Below are positions 1 through 10,700 of a stretch of DNA of 64,000 nt, one piece after another. The notes under the pieces were generated by a model. That model made no database searches. It was given only the letters and a program-made list of their open reading frames with translations, and was not told where the DNA came from. Each line of letters starts with the position of its first letter. Positions within the stretch are counted from its first letter, which is position 1. The position numbers and the translations under genes were made by a program. The stretch spans positions 19,775,145-19,839,144 of the forward strand of contig NC_134028.1 in assembly GCF_964204645.1 (NCBI RefSeq), given 5' to 3'. This DNA is from Tubulanus polymorphus (lineage: Eukaryota; Animalia; Nemertea).

Positions 1-520
1 ATCCATCAAAACTAGATTTACCGATTACATTACCAGGCATATCAGCGACTGAAATTGAGGTAGGGGGCGTCTGGATTGACAACGATAATGACACATTTAT
101 ATCTAACGATAAGCTCCTTAGCCTGAAATTCATATAGCATTTTCTTTTTAAACTAATTGAAAAGTAATAAGTCGATTTCATAGATTTCATTATTGTGTAA
201 ATTTTAGTAATTTGAATCTATAGAGTGTAGTCTATATTGCATGCATGTGATATATTGAACGAAATGGACTGTCTCTAAACACATAGATGGATACAGATTG
301 AAACCAACCAATAATCAATTGATATCAAATATCAAACGAGATTTCTTGTTTCTAATCAATTCTTATTCTGAAAACCATTCAATGATCCATGAGAGACAGG
401 GGGTGGGGGCAGCGAATGGAGTAGGGAGTGAGGGGCAGTGCAGATGAATAGGTTAGGTGGAGAGTGGAATCGGGTTTCTCATGCTGCATATTAATTTACC
501 CGATGATTCTATTCTTGTAG

Positions 521-571
521 AGCATTGAAGATATTTACAAGAAAGAAGTGAAAAAAAAGAAATCTTTTGAG
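521..571 (+). CDS. PALD1: paladin exon (SIEDIYKKEVKKKKSFE)
   Basis: ttcttgtag|AGC...GAG|gtaaat; 51 nt, phase 0. Confidence 0.7.
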
Positions 572-3500
572 GTAAATTCTCTTCCAATCTTCCTCTAATG
601 AGCTGATGAAAAATCGATTTACTGCTGGCTGTCTGCCAACCAGTTCCATTTATAAATCAACAAAAAAACCCAATCTCGATTAAACACGGAATTATTCGGC
701 TCACCTTACGCAATAAAATGAGTGATTCTAAAATGGATGATGTCAAACATTTATCGTTCTAATGATTTCGAGATTAATGTAAATCTTATCTTCAGAAAAA
801 CAGCAATGGAAAAAATGATGACACTGATGAAACAGTATTAAAAAAGGAAAAACTATTTTTGCTTTTTTCATACATCAATTTAGGCCTACAATTAAAAGTT
901 CGATTTCTTAAAATACTATTCATCATTATCATCATCTACTAATTACTATTTCTCTGAAGATGAGCCTTGAATTTATCTCGAAACCATTAGACGGATGAAT
1001 GTAAGATGTAATCAACTGCGGAGTCGTTCATTTTCTTCTACACAGAATACGACTGTCACCTTGCGAAATTCCCTATATCGAGATGAGCTGATATTTCTAG
1101 GTTTTTTCCTGCTATATCTAGGTCTATAAAGAGTTGAATGCACCTCGTGAACTGGTAGAGTTTCAAAAAGTTTCAACGTGTTTGGACCTGTTTGAGCAGC
1201 AAAGAGAGGAATCGCCGGAACTGTTGTATTATAGGATTCCTATATGTGATGATCGAGCAATTGAAGAAAAGGTTACAATTGAAATTTCCCTCAGAATTCA
1301 GTTCCGCAGTTCAGCACCGAGTTTGGTTGAGTTTGAGTTAAAGTAGAATAAGTTTGAATCCAATGTTTTATCCTTGAGTCAAATACTAACTGAGAACCGC
1401 TGAAGTGGATCCGGGGGTATTTATATTATACCCACCCATACGAATATAATAGTCGACCTGTTTTAACAAAGTTTAACAGATAGCTCGACATTTGGAAACT
1501 TTGAAAACTGGTTTCTTCAAACGCATATTATGCTTACTTTATTTGGGGTACACATCTCATTTTATTGCTTTAAACATGACCACAAAATTGCAACGACTGA
1601 AGATCTGATATTGTTTCAGTTCTGTACCAATAAGAAGGATTGCCTAAGAGTTTCCTTCAATCAAGTTAAATCACACAAAAAGCCTTAATATGCCTGCATT
1701 TTGTGAAATGTCTTGAATTTGAACATTACCTTGATTTTGTTCACTCGGTGTTGAGAGTGACCGGTTCGCGGCGCTCAATAACTGCGTGTACTAAAGAGCT
1801 CGCGTGAACCGGGTCGCGATAGCGTTATACCACTGACACTAAGGATCTCAGTGTATGATTTTGTTGTTGTCACCCCAAGAAAATAACTTTTGGTAGGCGT
1901 GGTATCAATATGTTGACATTCAAGGAATTTCACAAGAAGAAGGGTTTCTCTCTTATTCAATTCAACTCTTTTTGCAATCCTGATATCGGATATTCAGTCG
2001 TTTTCCGTGATTTACGTGATGGTCACATTTAGAGCAAAATAAGGTACCGGGTACCCCAAAAAGTAATATCCCGTAGAACTGGTCTCAATTATTATTCATA
2101 AATGGATCAAAACGTCAAATTCCATTTCTAATTTCCTAATTGCTGCAAAATCAAAAAGAAATTCACTTTTAATTCCGATTTTGTAACTATCCATTCTGCG
2201 GAAACATTATTTCCATATGCATTTATTGTAATGTGTAATCATTTCTTACTAAGTAGGCCTTGAATGGTACAATTTCATTTTCTTCTATTTATATTCATAT
2301 GATCACTACAATAAATAGATATACCTATAATCAAATAAGTAGATAAGCAACTTTGATTAAAAATAGATACACCCACTTTTCTGAGTGCACTGTAAATCTT
2401 CACGCGAATCACAAATATCCGTGTTTTACATATATATATATATGTATATATATAGGATATTGATCAGTTGGTATCTATATTAAGTAACATTGAAAGTATA
2501 GATTGCGATGAATTTGGACCTGCACTGGTGTTTTTCTGTCGTACTGGTAAAGGTCGCACGACGACAGCTATGGCAATCGCTGGTCTCATCGTTTGTCACA
2601 GGAAGGTATAGTTACTATGGTTACAAATGATTGATTACGTGAATATGAAATAATTTCAGTAAATATTTCAAAATATTTATGTTATTCTATTTTAGGGATT
2701 CCCGTATGGAACTAAACCCGGCGAGGAGGAGCGAGTCTCACTTCCAAATGCTGCTTTTACTAAAGGGGATTTCCAGGTATTAGTTCAACAATATTCCACT
2801 TGGTAGCGTGACTGAATGCCGGTTGTCATATTGTAAAAATGAGTTTATTATGTTATGAATAAACTTTTCAAACTTGATTAAAAAGCGATTATTTATGAAC
2901 CAATTTACAATTTCGCAATCAATACGATTACGCACGATAATTCTTGAAAAGACCATCAACATTTCGTTCTGTAAATCCTTTGGTAAGCGATTTTTTTCTA
3001 CCGGCCAGGGTTGGGTTTCCCAATGCGCATGCGCGAACCCGCTGGACTTGGAAAATTTCGTTCACCAAATTCTTTGCGCCGGGTTGAAATCTTTTTATGT
3101 TTCGTATTGATTTTATAGATAGTACAGCGCCTGGTGCGTCGAATCCCGAATGGACAACAAGTCAAACGAGAAGTCGATTTTATACTGGATCAATGTTCAG
3201 AAACAATGACACCAATGCACTATCACATACGCGAAGAGATATTTGTCACTTATAATTGGGTAAAACATATTCTTAGACATCGGATTGTAGGTCATTAACA
3301 AGCTTTCTACAGGCCATTAGAAAATACACACAAGAACTGCAATATAATTTGAAGGGTAAAAGTTTGAATGCAATCACAATGAATGCATTTGGGATAATCT
3401 TTCCATGATTGAAGTTTTTGAAAAATGTCATCAATATATCGGGGCTGGACTGGTTGCCGTTCAATTCAATTTGACTATCTATTCAAATCCAAAATATTTT

Positions 3501-4149
3501 CATCGATCTTCAGTATTAAATGATTTATATTATATCATTCATTGTCAACACAATTAAGAAATAAATAGGCCCATATGTTATTTCTTAAATGGCGTCAATA
3601 AACGTTCAAGTTAGTTATCTTGTTATCGTGGATAATCTAACGATTTCATCATCGTGTAGATAATCTGATGATTTCATCATCGTCGTGCACCTGATGAGCA
3701 CCTGTTCTATATTCTAGGGCTTTTTCATTCGACAATGATTGGATTATTAATTTTGTTGTTTATGTTGCAGTTGAAAAAGGCGAAATCAGACGAAGAAAGG
3801 CAGTTTACAAAACGTCGCAGTTTAGATTATCTGGAACGTTATCTTTATTTGATATTGTTTAATGCGTATCTTCACTCAGAGAGGGCGTCTATGTGGGAGC
3901 GTCCATTCAGTGTCTGGCTAAAAGAGGTATACAATAATTCTCACAAATCACGAAGTTTTCGCATCTACTTGATGTTTGTTATTGAATGCATTTATGAACT
4001 TTCAGATCGGTGGTCGAGTTGGTTTTTACGATATTCTCGATGACTTAGCATTTTACGATTTCGAGTCGAAGCCCTGTGAATTACGTCACATCCGCAATCG
4101 ATGGCGACTTCCAGCTTCGAAGATCCCATTCACCGGAGTGTTCCATTAG
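521..4149 (+). CDS. PALD1: Paladin-like PTP/phosphoinositide phosphatase, 3' part (7 exons; 5' exons upstream of the window)
   Basis: Phase-0 exons 521-571, 1122-1271, 2456-2605, 2696-2776, 3119-3259, 3771-3926, 4006-4149, all with AG/GT ends. Peptide has YYRIPICD, a CX5R motif (VFFCRTGKGRTTTAM), VKREVD..CSETMTPMHYH and SLDYLERYLYLILFNAYLH, which match paladin as I recall it. Confidence 0.9.
1122..1271 (+). CDS. PALD1: paladin exon (VYKELNAP...YYRIPICDDRAIEEK)
   Basis: atctag|GTC...AAG|gttaca; 150 nt; donor weak but phase fits. Confidence 0.8.
2456..2605 (+). CDS. PALD1: paladin exon with CX5R motif (CRTGKGR)
   Basis: tatag|GAT...AAG|gtatag; 150 nt. Confidence 0.9.
2696..2776 (+). CDS. PALD1: paladin exon (GFPYGTKPGEEERVSLPNAAFTKGDFQ)
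   Basis: ttttag|GGA...CAG|gtatta; 81 nt. Confidence 0.88.
3119..3259 (+). CDS. PALD1: paladin exon (IVQRLVRRIPNG...TYNW)
   Basis: ttatag|ATA...TGG|gtaaaa; 141 nt. Confidence 0.9.
3771..3926 (+). CDS. PALD1: paladin exon (LKKAKS...WLKE)
   Basis: ttgcag|TTG...GAG|gtatac; 156 nt. Confidence 0.9.
4006..4149 (+). CDS. PALD1: paladin terminal coding exon (IGGRVG...FTGVFH*)
   Basis: tttcag|ATC...CAT TAG; 144 nt. Confidence 0.85.
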   Translation: MGGRVGFYDILDDLAFYDFESKPCELRHIRNRWRLPASKIPFTGVFH

Positions 4150-4590
4150 AACTCTGATCGTTCACCGGAGTGTTCCATTAGAACTCTGATCGTTCACCGG
4201 AGTGTTCCATTAGAACTCTGATCGTTCACCGGAGTGTTCCATTAGAACTCTGATCGTTCGCGGGAGTGTTCCATTAGAACTCTGATCGTTCGCGGGAGTG
4301 TTCCATTAGAACTCTGATCGTTCGCGGGAGTGTTCCATTAGAACTCTGGTCGTTCACGTGAGTGTTCCCCTAGACCGCCGATTGTTCACGGGAGTGTTCC
4401 ATTGTGGTCGTTAATGGAAATGAGAGAGGTCGTTAATGAAAATGTTCCGCTAGAACTAATTCCGGTCGTTTGCGCGAGTGTTCCTCTAGACCGCTGATCG
4501 TTCACGGAAGTTTTCCACTAGACCGCTGATCGTTCACGGAAGTTTTCCACTAGAACTCTGGTCGTTCGCGCGAGTGTTCCACTAGAACTA
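4129..4590 (+). repeat. 32-bp minisatellite overlapping the paladin stop codon and 3'UTR
   Basis: Unit TTCACCGGAGTGTTCCATTAGAACTCTGATCG; near-perfect copies at the left, degenerating to the right. Confidence 0.95.
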
Positions 4591-5005
4591 AGATCTTCCT
4601 TTATTGGGACCCACCAGATCTCAGAGATCTTTCCCTCCATAAACTCCGATTAATGTCAATCAGAGGGTTTTTTACTAGTAGAAAAAATGAGATTTTAAAA
4701 ACTTTTACAACAGATTTCTCTAAGGGTACTGCCGTCCTCTGTTAGTGATGCCACCGTCCTCTATATTAGGTGACATCTCAATTCTCAATGTTGTGTTAAT
4801 TTCTAGATTTTTGGATATTGTTGTGAATTTGTAGATTAAGTTATTGTGATAAAGCAAGTTCGACACGCCCCCTATCGAGTAAACTGAATTATCTGAGTTG
4901 TCACACTTTCTATATGATTTGGGATGTCACGCTCCGTTCTACGTGTCGATTTTTTGTGTTTTATTATTCATGCATGAAACCAAAACAATGTTAGTTTTGT
5001 CTAAG

Positions 5006-5011
5006 AATAAA
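5006..5011 (+). terminator. candidate polyadenylation signal of paladin
   Basis: AATAAA about 860 nt after the stop codon. Confidence 0.4.
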
Positions 5012-5174
5012 AATATCTATTTTCAAAAAATCATCTAATGTATACGTATGTATAATGGCTTTTTGTATATGGAGTAGAGTGAAAAAATAGCAACGAGGAA
5101 GAGTTAATGCCATCAGTGCCATGGCGACGAGTAAGTGTTGACACCCAAAGGAACGACTGTTTTATATATAGAAT

Positions 5175-5180
5175 TTTATT
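5175..5180 (-). terminator. candidate polyadenylation signal of prdm8
   Basis: TTTATT on + (AATAAA on -), about 175 nt after the stop codon. Confidence 0.4.
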
Positions 5181-5352
5181 TCTGTTTACACATATATTAT
5201 ATTATGATTACTCTGTATTTCTGATACAATATTGAAGCACTATACATAAACTAACTGCATTCGACATTCTACTGTTGACACTAGTAATGGTGCCGATTAA
5301 ACATTTACAAACATAAACAATCGTTATAAATCCCCGCGTTCGGTGTCTAGTT

Positions 5353-6581
5353 CTAAGCGTGTGAAGACATATGTCGCGTTAAATGATGTCTTTCTTTAAA
5401 TGTTTCATTGCAAACGGTGCATTTTAACTTCTCTTCTCGTTTTCGTTTGACCGGATCGAATTCTCGTTTGTGATGTGATCTCATGTGATAAACTAAATCG
5501 CTCGTCATTCGGAAGGTCGCGTTGCATTTTGCGCACCAATTCTGTAACGAGGGAACATTAACCATGTTCATAGACGAAGGTAATAGAGGGGGTAGAGTTA
5601 GTAAGCGTTCCACCATCGGATTCGTAGGTTTCATATTATGCGGCTGTAGTCCGGGTATTTGCATATCTGAGTACATTTGCATTTTACTACCACTAGGAGT
5701 CGCTAGTGGCCGGTCGAGAGTTTCCGGTAATGGTGGTCGAGTGAAACTCGTTGCTTTCATTTGTAAACGATGCGCGTGCGCATCTGATAAATTTATTGGG
5801 AAGTTTTCGGTGTATCCCGCGGTTGCTACGGAAACGGGTGGTAAAATTTGAGAACGAATATTAACCGGAAACGCGTTGAATTGTGGTCTATATCCGGTAG
5901 TAATGTTTAACGGCGTTGGAATGTCATTTTCTGATATTCTCACTGGTGACGTCACGATAGGAGTTCGGACAGGTGTTAAACCTGGCATTGAAGGATAGTT
6001 CCTTGAATTGTCACCAGGCGGTGATATTGGGTTTTTTGGCGATTGGGATTTTTCGACTTTCCTGAACGCACTTCCGGAGTTACATTTGTCTTTTTGTTCA
6101 GATTTATCATTTTCATTCGACGTTTCAGAAATATTGTTTACATTTTGATTTTTATCCAAACAGATGACGTCAGTCACATGAGTGCCAACATCGATGATGT
6201 CATCATCGTCATCATCATCTGACATCACTTCCGCTCGACGCTTCGGCGGGAAATCCTCATTGTCAACTTCCACGCGCCATTTTCTCTTCCTGTCCGTGTC
6301 TTGTAGTAAATTACTGATCGAATGCGACGTCACTTTATCGGGCGCTTTATTTGGTGACGCCAATGTTTTATGTTGTCCTATTTTAGAGAAGTCTGTTGTA
6401 CAAAATCCGCGTGGGTGTTGATTGCTTATCGTAAACATGGTTGGGTTTTTAGTAAGGTCAAGGCCATTCACACTGGAAGTGACGCGACGCCGGAAGTCAC
6501 ATTTAAATCTCATGTGAGCACGGAGAGTGTTCGGGTAGTGGAATTTACAGTTGCACATTGGACACGTCATCAAACCATCTT
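5353..6581 (-). CDS. PRDM8: prdm8 terminal exon (three zinc fingers)
   Basis: ttttag|AA GAT GGT (phase 1) to TAG; lies inside the 421-aa ORF. Confidence 0.95.
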
Positions 6582-7607
6582 CTAAAACAAAACATATCCA
6601 TCGATGAATTAAGGACACACTTCAGATATTCAACATTGAAATACTGCATATTTATAATGATTTTCATATTAAAGCGGCGGCCATTTTGGTGTTCATACGA
6701 GAATCGGTCAAAACGGTAGATTTAGCAGTCCCGTTTAGCCCAAGTCACGTTATATGCCACCAAAACTAAGCACTAGTCTAATTCCACCATACCTTTGACA
6801 TAAAACGGCTGCACTTCCGGGATACCGAGTATTAACGCAAACTGTCTGCTATACCAGGCTGTGATTGGCTGATTTTGATAAATTGTTTTAATTACTCTGT
6901 AATAAATATGTCGGTCTTTACTGAAAACCTCTACATTCATTTCATGTTCGTCACGTGACGGGTTTATAAATGGTAACCATTCCATCATCTTACTCGTGTC
7001 TTTAAGCGTTACCAGATCAACCTGCCGAAACCAGATATATACACAGTTCAAATGCTGCCAAAAGACATCATCTACGCATATCATCATTCAAAATCAATTG
7101 AAAAAAAAAATGTTTCATTCAATTTCAATACATCGCTTACCTTTGTCATGGGAATATCTGGGTATTTATCCAAGGTCATGTGACCTATCAGATACGCCGG
7201 GTCAGTCAATGTCATCATGGGCGGTATTGGTCCGAAGGTTTCTCCGAACGGGATCTCGTCTATTGCCATGAGTCCCATGGTTGAAATCTGAAAATATATG
7301 GACATTTTTGAACAGAGTTTAATGGCGAAATCAGTGTTTCCGGTTCAGTGACAAATAGTTATAGTGTGTTCAACAATCCGCGGATGGTTTTTTTACGCAA
7401 TATTTATTTTTTGATTTATTTCGCTTTCGCTCGTCAATTTTCATTTCGTACCAAATTCTGACCGTTTCATTATAAAGTTCTGCGTTATCTCAGTACGGGC
7501 AAATAAACTCTACTAGCGACTGGCTCATCCATCACCGGCGTGGCTGCTGCTGCTGCTGCTGCTGGTTCACGCCAATATTCATCCCAAATAGGACGAACTG
7601 ATGTCAT
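5353..7607 (-). CDS. PRDM8: PR/SET-domain C2H2 zinc-finger protein, PRDM8/ZNF488-like (4 exons, about 571 aa)
   Basis: Exons 7607-7497 (tentative), 7287-7141, 7021-6793, 6581-5353 with consistent phases 0/0/1. PR domain (EIPFGETFGP...WLPFINPSRDEHEMNV...IYYR...AWYS), one finger CPMC..FHYPNTLRAHMRFKC, and the C-terminal pair QNWCAKCNATFRMTSDLVYHMRSHH...REEKLKC..CNETFKERHHLTRHMSSH characteristic of PRDM8/ZNF488. Confidence 0.92.
6793..7021 (-). CDS. PRDM8: prdm8 exon 3 (C-terminal half of PR domain)
   Basis: cggcag|GTT GAT...AAA G|gtatgg. Confidence 0.9.
7141..7287 (-). CDS. PRDM8: prdm8 exon 2 (N-terminal half of PR domain)
   Basis: ttttcag|ATT TCA...ACA AAG|gtaagc. Confidence 0.88.
7497..7607 (-). 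CDS. PRDM8: probable prdm8 first coding exon (MTSVRPIWDEYWREPA7TPVMDEPVASRVYLP)
   Basis: ATG at 7607; IWD resembles the GIWD near the start of vertebrate PRDM8; phase-0 donor CCC|gtactg is weak. Confidence 0.55.
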
Positions 7608-7724
7608 TCTAAATCCATTGATAATTTATATTGGATGAGCTTGAGTAAGTCGGTCTCTATTCATGCAGCTTATTGAGGATTTAGGCCTGAATGCGCGCAC
7701 TAGTTTATACACGGCGGAAGAATA

Positions 7725-7795
7725 TGTTTAACTGATTGACGTGTGTGCGCGTGTGCTCATATCTATACGCCAGTGGCAGCCAGTCACGTGACTCG
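7725..7795 (-). promoter_or_regulatory. candidate prdm8 proximal core promoter
   Basis: On -: TCACGTGA E-box (7784-7791), TATAGATA (~7760-7767), then Inr-like TCAGTT (7735-7730) about 30 nt downstream. Confidence 0.45.
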
Positions 7796-10700
7796 GTGAT
7801 TAGACGGTTATTTGAACAGATGCAAGAAAACAGCGCAAATTTAATAAACTTCTGTTTTTGATAAACGACTCGCGCGCGCGCGCGATGCGGATTCAATCAC
7901 AGATTGATAGAATTCATTACGACTTCAAACGCAAATGACTTTTATATTTGAAATCTAGTTTCTCTTTCGCAGATATCTGCAGCAATTTACTATCTACGAT
8001 CACCGTGAGTTCAGGTGAATATCCATCAACGAAACAAAACCCAGCCCGGGAGTGCCACTGGGGCGCTTACCCTTAAGAAGGGCATACTAATGAGATGAAG
8101 GAATGACTACATGGACCATGCACTAAGCAGTCACTAAACCATCGATATTGAAGCAAAGACATATTTCTAATGCCTGAATCATACAAAAACCACAATACTT
8201 TCTACAACGTCGAACACGATTTAATCTGCTGAATCTGAGTTTTATTATGGGCCTTTCACGTAATAAGTTTCTTCAACTTCGACAGTCGTCCAAAGTCTTA
8301 TTTTACAATATTTTGTATAATTCACTCCTGCTGGGGTGGGCTAAACTTCCTATTGTAATTTAATTCGTGAATAAACATTATTATTATATCCAATGCTTAT
8401 ATATTCCATAGCATTATGATGTACTGAAGACAACATGGCTGCATTAAAGGCACTTTGTATTCATATCTGAATTTCAATCAAAATATAAATTCAGTGTTCC
8501 ATGTTTCATCTGTAATATTCAACAAACCAGAAACAGATAAAACCAATTCCCTTTCTCCACAGAGCGGGATTCGTGATCAATTCAACCAGGAATTATTAAA
8601 TAAATACCAGCGAATATGTTTTTCGATAATATCAAAACGTGATTCGAGATATCAAATAACAAGATGTGATAGAGATGAATAGATCATGCGCGTTGACATA
8701 TTCGCGACAGGCTTCGTTTTTGCGTGTAGAGTTAAATTAAATCGTGTATAAACTGATTGTGTATGACGAGCTTAACCAGCGGGGTACATTATTCATACAC
8801 GTGATCAGACTATACCATGCGCCCAAACGTGCCCAAACTGCCTAGCCACACGTATTCAAGCGCATACTCAGATTATCCAGACTTGCCCAGAGCCGTTGTA
8901 CGTGCCAGACTACTGCCTCAAGGCCGAGACTAACTACACTTCCCGCTACGCGTGCCCAGTGCCCAGAGACATGCCCATAGTGCCAACAAACATGCCAGAC
9001 TTCCCCTTAGAAAGTTTGTAAATGTTTTACATGTAAACATAATAATTCATAAATGTTTTAACTGAAACAACATTCAGTTAGTTTATTCTAAATTACTTCA
9101 GTACGTATTACTTTTTATTGGATTTTCCGCTATGATTTCACGTTTTCTCCATTTTTTCTGCATTGATCATTTAGTGAAAGAAAACAGTCTGGTGTCGGAA
9201 GACTGGGGCGAGGGAGGTTTCAATTTATTAGGTTTTCAATTACACAAGTGCGGAGCGACGGTGCGAATCTCAAATATCAGAGATATAAATAGACGCATAG
9301 AGAGGGAATTCTTTGATAAACGTGAGACTACCTGAGTTTACTATTCCGGGACAGAGCTTTTTTTTTGTTCTTTGTTATAGTCAATGCGGATGGAAGACGT
9401 TGTGAGTAAGACGAACCTCCTCTTGCATCGTTGCTCGTTTCCGCAGAGAAATCTCAGATAAGCTGTGGACTAATAGTATTTTGATAAGTTCAGGGAGTTG
9501 GTTATCTCATCAGAGACTGTCTGAAAGAATGCTGGTAAAGTCTTATGGTATGAAACGCGTATGTGTTGTGACAAGTAAATCCCCGGTTGACATCCTGGAT
9601 CAATAACTACTAATAACAGCGACACAGAATTGAATCATATACTCAACATACAAGACTTGTCAATATCCCCTGAAATATTGTAAACTTCGTTAGGAGAGAT
9701 TTGGGCTGGAATTTTCTGAATAGTTTAGAGTTCAGATGGATTTATGTCGATCCCCGGTTGCGTCATCCCTCAGGGTTCAGTTTACGAGTGGTAACGCGAG
9801 ATCTCGCGAGACTGCCAGACGATCGCTAATCGCAATATGTTACATACAGACAGTTTAGGAAAACACATATTGGTGCGGAATGAGTTCGTGAGAGGAATAT
9901 TTTAGAACTGACTCGGGGGAAAGATGAGTTGACATATATCCGAACAAACCTCAGGAGAATTCGAGGAACTTGAACTCTTCAGTCTCAGCGATACTCATCG
10001 TGTTGCATTAGTTTTAGTAGTTTCTCACTCATAAAAATTAAAAATTACATCATCGTTAAGAACTATATCAGTGTCTTATTGAGAACCAGGAATTTCTGAC
10101 AACTATTAAGGTATATATAGTTTAAGATTCGAATCTATAAAATTTGGGAAAGGAACTAATTCTAGTTGAGTTACTGTGTCCAGGGTTAACTCGAAAACTA
10201 CGGCTCACAACACTGTACAACTGAGTCCCGGATGTTATGACATTGACGTCGCCTATAAATATATCCGGAACCGCTGAAATCTAATGAAATATGGCGCAAT
10301 TTGAAAGGCGACAAATTCATGAAAATCGAATTCATCCGCAAACCGGTCAACAGCAACCAATTGATTAATCCTGGACTAGGCGTTGTGGTCGATCTAAACT
10401 AATCAACGCAATACGATTAGCAATGTTTACTCGGGGACTAAATATTTACTACGGTAATAAACAAGTTCAATTTATTAACGCAGTGATTGATACCCGGTCA
10501 CGACTCTGTCTCCGTTAATGACATATGTCGTTCTAAACAGAGCGCGAAACCGAGCCAAATTATGACCAGTTGTCAAACCTCGCTTCGGGCAAATATCTGA
10601 TGAAGTTTGTAGAACGTGACTGGTCCTTGGAATACACCCCGGATATAATTATAGATGACACGGCCATATTGGATTCTATATTGGCCTAATAACCTCACGC

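Noticed and set aside
4129-4590. CRISPR-like array (32-bp repeats)
   Set aside because: No spacers; it is a tandem minisatellite.
5522-6585. Plus-strand ORFs overlapping prdm8
   Set aside because: Antisense shadows of the zinc-finger exon with no independent signal.
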